In this document: positions 58,948 through 64,000 of the stretch, in pieces
Position numbering within the stretch: the stretch's first letter is position 1
Layout of the letters: every line of letters begins with the position of its first letter
Assembly: GCA_976226885.1 (NCBI GenBank)
Contig: OZ320314.1
Coordinates: 81,220,001 to 81,284,000, forward strand
Reading direction: 5' to 3'
From: Iphione sp. A-MEVVRFRX5
Lineage: Eukaryota
Length of the DNA: 64,000 bases
The notes under the pieces: model-generated
What the model saw: the letters and a program-made list of their open reading frames with translations, nothing else
Database searches by the model: none
Told to the model about the DNA's origin: nothing
Made by a program: the position numbers and the translations under genes

Positions 58948-59110
58948 CTGTCTGTCTACATTCAGGACCTCTCCGTATAACCGCGCTCTATCGTATACAT
59001 CCAATGGCACCCTTGCCGTTTGTCCAAAAAGAGAAAGGAACTAACGAAGGAGCGGAGCGACCTCTCCGTACACCCAACTCTGGCGTGACAGTCCAACTAC
59101 TGCAGCGGCT
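58948..59110 (-). other. PCDH: Candidate non-coding first exon of the protocadherin
   Basis: Donor CAG|GTATGT at 58948/58947; GC/CpG-rich sequence; lies just downstream of a CCAAT box. The TSS position is an estimate. Confidence 0.5.
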
Positions 59111-59183
59111 CCGTCGTTCTACGCTACCTCCTCCGCTCGTTTTCCTCTCACGGCTGCTACTGCTTGCCGCCTGCCAGCCAAGC

Positions 59184-59193
59184 AACCAATCAG
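59184..59193. promoter_or_regulatory. CCAAT (NF-Y-type) box in the probable protocadherin promoter
   Basis: AACCAATCAG matches RRCCAATCAG, in a CpG-rich region about 240 nt upstream of the candidate exon-1 donor. Confidence 0.5.
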
Positions 59194-62100
59194 AGCACGA
59201 GCCGCACGCACGGCGTAGAGAACCGTGCTGCAGTCGACGCTGGCGCCCGTGAGGGGGAGCCACAGAGCCAGCGTAGAGTTGGTTCCATTTCCCGAAGGCC
59301 TGTTGACAGACCAAGCGAACGATTCCGCTTCAGGACAGTTAAACCAGGTGTGTTGAGTATACTCTGCACTGAAACTGTATATTTACACATACAACGTGCT
59401 ATAAGAACTGATCGTGGCGTAGTGCAAAGGATATGAACTAGATACGGGTACATTTAAATGCGATAGACGATTTCTATGAGTCTACATTCCTTTTTTGGTT
59501 GCAAATAAACCGATTATAAACAGATACACAAGGCATCCTCTGGTTCAGAAACATGTACACATACAATGTAGGTCATGTTAAAATACAGGTTTTCTTCCTG
59601 ATAAATACTATTTTGTCCTGAAGGAAAATGTAGTTTCCAGCTGAGAATTTCCCTGAAAACCATTCCTATCTGTGCATTCCTATGGTCGATGGTCTCTTCC
59701 GAGTAATCTACTGGAAGCAGGGAGGAAATATGAAACAAATATCCGAAATTTCTTTTCTATTAGAATATCACTTGCTACCTGGTCCAAAAATAGGTCCCCA
59801 TACACTGTACATGTGTCGTATTTCCTAGATCACATTTTTAAAACATATTCACTCATATTAAAGTAGAGGGACCACTGCTGATCGTGTTGTCACTGAGGAA
59901 TCTTGATAACTTTTGAAAATTAATTAGGAGAAGTCATATTTGTCCCCAGCCCATACTATACCGCTATGGGCTTGTAGAGATTAGGACCGGAATAATCACC
60001 TCTAATTCCTCGCAGCCGTGACGTGCCTCCCTTTACTTTATCATTCTTTGCATTGGCCAGGTGAGAAGTCACAGGTAAACGAGAAAGTAACATTTACCGC
60101 CGTGACAACAAACGTTATATCAGTTGTGGGTAAATCGTATAGGAACCGTAGCACCAGTTGGGTGCATACCCAGGACGGGTGTGGAGGTAAAGGGTGATGG
60201 GTTGACTTGTGGTAATGGGACTAAACCTTAGGCATATTGACATACCTTAGACTGGTACAAACACTGCCCACCAGGGGCTCACACAAAGGCCAATTATTGT
60301 GTCCATACTTCAGCGGGTTATGATTGCACCCCAAACTTGATATAGTGGGCTCCTTTATACATCTAGCACCTTAAATTCTCCTTGATGATTGTGTCAGATG
60401 AAATTTGTAGAAATGATTTGCTGGGGTATTCCATGACAAGCCAAGCAAATTGAGTCATCGTGGTAATTGGCAAACTAACAGGAAATGTTGTTTAGTTATG
60501 CATCTTCAATGATGACAATGGTGAAAATGCTAACTGATAAAGTGTTCTAAAATATAAACTGTACAATTAAATCAAGAAAACAGAGAGAAACTCCTGGATT
60601 AATATATGAACGTAGTCCTTATTTAATCAAGGGACCACGCTTCGAAGAGCAACACCATAAGGCCCACACGAATTGTAAAACCACCCGAAGTAGATCTGTT
60701 TACGCAAACCCGAAACGCAATCACTGATTTTGAAAGGCCCCGTGTATGGGAGAGGAGGGTAAAGGTATTTTGCAAATGATGATTTAGTTCTTGGTGAGGG
60801 GTGCAGGCACGTGCCGTGCTGTTTGTCCTTTGAATGTAGGGACACGGCATGTGTAATAGCACAGGTATTGAACGTTCACGCTGACTTGGAGCAGCATATC
60901 AGCCAGGAGCCAGGCCATGTGGAAACCTGCCTTTTCAGTGGGAGTCTGCATATCTAGTGCGGACATCTGTCATTTTTCCCCATTTATCAATGGACTCTTG
61001 ATTCTCACTTCAGCCTAGATAGGTTGTGTAGTACATTTACCTACCTATACATTACCCGTTCCTTTCATACCTTTTTCTATTTGCCAGCTTACCTCTATCA
61101 GACTCCTACCAAATCGATATTAAGTTCTAAATCCATATGCCACTGTGCTAAACATATATAGACTAGAAATGATACAGTAAAGGCAAAATACAGGCCTCTC
61201 AAACCTAGAAATATTATCAAATAACTTTGTGTTTATCTATTCACAGTTTGCCTGTATGCATCACCTTCTAGATTCACAAAATACAATTTCAGTAAAGTAC
61301 GCTATTATTATATGCACTATATAGTTCCGACCCGGCAGGTTTGGACTCATATCCAGATAGAGCAGATGTAAGCAACATAACTGAAGATCAGAAATTTCAG
61401 ATTGGTACTGGTGAGCAGTTTTATGTATGCTTCATTGTGCTTTATATAGACAGATGATGTCGTTCATCCATGGAGAAGGAATCAAGGGCGTTAGCAGAAA
61501 ATACAACTCTGTAGAGGAAAACTACTCAGGTATTTATGCACAATAGGCCGCAAGGTATGGCAAAAGGTCTTACTAACTGTTCCTAAACCCACATCAAGAC
61601 CTCATTGAAAATTGCTGTGAAAGAAGTCAAGATGGTCTGAAGAAGGAGCGAGTTTGACCCCGTGAATGATGATTGGAACTTGGCGCCCGGGGTCTCTAAT
61701 TAGAGATTTCACAGTTCTCTCACCTGAGTAGAGCCTGTCGAGGCAGGTGAAAGACATCGACGAGAATCGGAGGCGTGAAGCAGGCATAGGGCCCGAGGGG
61801 GCCAGTATAATATTTGGGCATGAAGCAGTTATAATTGTCGGGACCCTGCCTGAGGGCCATTTGGGCCGGGAAACTGGAGGTGAGTCTGGGCATCGACAGG
61901 GGCTGCCGACACCAGCGACACCTCCCGGGGAGAGGTCGTTAGTCTATGAAGAAACCTACCTATGGAACGCAGATGCCAATCCCAAGGTGTATCCTTACTC
62001 GCGGGGTATTTGAGGCGAGGCGGTGGCCCTACTCCCGAGCCAAACAGAGCGAAAGACCTTCAGGCGACAGCCTTGGTACCAGTGGATGTTTTAGCCTTTA

Positions 62101-64000
62101 AGGGTACCTTTCTACACTGTTGGAGGGCCTAGGTGGGTTCTTTAAATTTGCCGGCCTTTGTACTCAGCATTTATATATAGACATGTAACATATTTAAAGA
62201 AATAATAATAATTGTGTATTCAAATTTGTCTACATAACACATGTAGTTTGGCCCATGCAATCTGCCGCTAAAATCCCTGCGATCTTTCTCAACGATCAAA
62301 TAACAGGAGACAAATTCACATTATGTCCCTTTTTCTTCTGTAAGTTTACATCATTGCCAACCCTCACGCCATCAACCGTTGTCAAGTCATTTGACGAGGT
62401 GCACCTACGAATCCTTAATGTGGCAACAAAGCGGAACAAAGTGACATTTACATTTGTATTGAGGACACAAATTCCTGCTGGAGCAATACCCCGCAATAAC
62501 CCCTTGCCGTCGAATGGGATCTTCAACAAGCCACAATTGGAGCTTGGATATAGAGTGAGTGAGAGATGACGTGAAGGAAGGTGCTGCAACGTAACTATGC
62601 ATACACAGGTTGTGCGTTGCCAGGCAGAAAAAAAGCCCGGTCCATCCTCAGAACTATCAAATCCCCATCAGAGCCGTCCCACCTGTGGTCAGTTTTATAG
62701 CAGGTAAACTGCCTCTGTCCAGTGTATCTATCCAGGAACGTATCAGTTGTCCACTCACCTGAGAGCTATGCATCACATAGCCCCCGCCTATGTGCGCCGT
62801 CTCGACGTCTCGGGTGAGAGGGCGCCCCCAAAGAATTAGGGCTTTCAACCTTCCTGCGCTTGGTTCGTTCTCCACATCCGTCCACACTAGCACTAGCTTA
62901 GCACATCATAGTCTTTCTTTCGAGTAGCCCACACCCTTTCACTTCGTATGCCCAACAACAGACAGCCACCGACCGCCCACCAACCAACTCAGACAGACTC
63001 AGAGGTCCCCTGCCTTTGGCCGACAATTAAGATATTTCGCTGGGCAGCCTCACTCTGCAGCGGTGGCCAAACGCAAGGCGGTTCTCCACGCGGTGCACAA
63101 ATGGCGGGCTGTCAGAAGCCATTTAGCGTTAAATTCATAGGCTGCGGTCCAATATCCACGCTCCGGGTTCCCCCATTGTCCAATTTTCCTAACAAGGGGT
63201 GCGGCCAGCACAAATGAGACTCACGGACTTCCGCTGACTTCTGTCATTTTCTGACACAAGTCACGCGGCAAGAAACCGAATGAAACTCGCACGTTCGCGC
63301 AGTCTATGATTAAAGCCAATACGCACACGGCTGGAAACCATTAAGATGCAGAGGGAAAGTCGACGGGCATTGTGTTCATATAGCAGGGAGACGGATGGAT
63401 TCGAAATAGTCAAACAGTGGTCGAGTATATTTTCCAAAAGAGAAGCCCATGGATTTCTGTATCTAAACAATGTCATTGAAATAGGATGCCATCACCTGCC
63501 TCAGTCCGGGGTGCTGACCCACCTCGACATGGGCTTCCCCAATTACTTGGACTGTGTGGGGTTTTCAGGGAAAGTAGGCCTCAGTGGGATTAATCCAGAC
63601 ATATTTTCACACTCAAAGGCCATCACCATTGTGCACTGGGCGGCAATCGCAAGAGGTCAGTAGTGACCAGCTGGCTGGACTGAAGATTGAAGAAACCCAA
63701 TCCAACCTGAAAGAGTGGGATGTATTTTCTGATGGAACGCGGCAGGTTGGGGGAAGATAGCCGAGGCAGGTGATCAGGAATAGCTGTCACTTAACGTTTC
63801 CCACCAAAGGCTTAACTTGCAGCCAGCTATTCAACTCCACAACAACGACATCCCTCAACTCTACCGCCCCAGTGTTGAAAGGCTACCTAGACGTCGAGCG
63901 CGTGGTATCGGGTTGAGCTAGAGAAGACTTGAATCTATTCATTTTCTAATTACAATATCCTAAAGGATTAGAGAGGAATTGACACCCGCACCCAGGGGAG

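Noticed and set aside
1-64000. CRISPR array, rRNA or tRNA genes, bacterial operon structure
   Set aside because: No regularly spaced repeats with unique spacers and no recognisable rRNA or tRNA sequence; the tandem repeats at 4438 and 13467 are head-to-tail satellites; the DNA is clearly spliceosomal-intron-containing eukaryotic sequence.

Overview
Eukaryotic, intron-rich animal DNA, probably a lophotrochozoan-type invertebrate (inference from the protocadherin type, the repeat landscape and the abundant TACATGTA motif). No bacterial features and no CRISPR array. Two genes can be reconstructed by hand with consistent splice phases. (1) AMDHD2/NagA (N-acetylglucosamine-6-phosphate deacetylase), + strand, 9 coding exons from 7348 to 15595, 1251 nt = 416 aa + stop, with all catalytic motifs present. 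(2) A 7-EC delta-type protocadherin, - strand: a 2694-nt ectodomain/TM exon (58395-55702), a 23.3-kb intron, then three cytoplasmic-tail exons (32397-32269, 28677-28485 carrying a CM1-like motif, 26878-26526 ending in -SHV), 3369 nt = 1122 aa + stop. It also has a candidate non-coding first exon, a CCAAT box and a uORF-rich 5'UTR. A third, unidentified multi-exon gene probably lies on the - strand in 380-6800, head-to-head with AMDHD2 (low confidence). The rest is intronic or intergenic DNA with many MITE-like elements (including a nested Tc1/mariner-type stack in AMDHD2 intron 7), foldback hairpins, mini- and microsatellites, and a few unexplained coding-like islands. All gene models are manual and unverified by expression data. 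I did not find a clearly novel multi-gene system; the best leads are protocadherin tail isoform diversity and the unidentified divergent gene.
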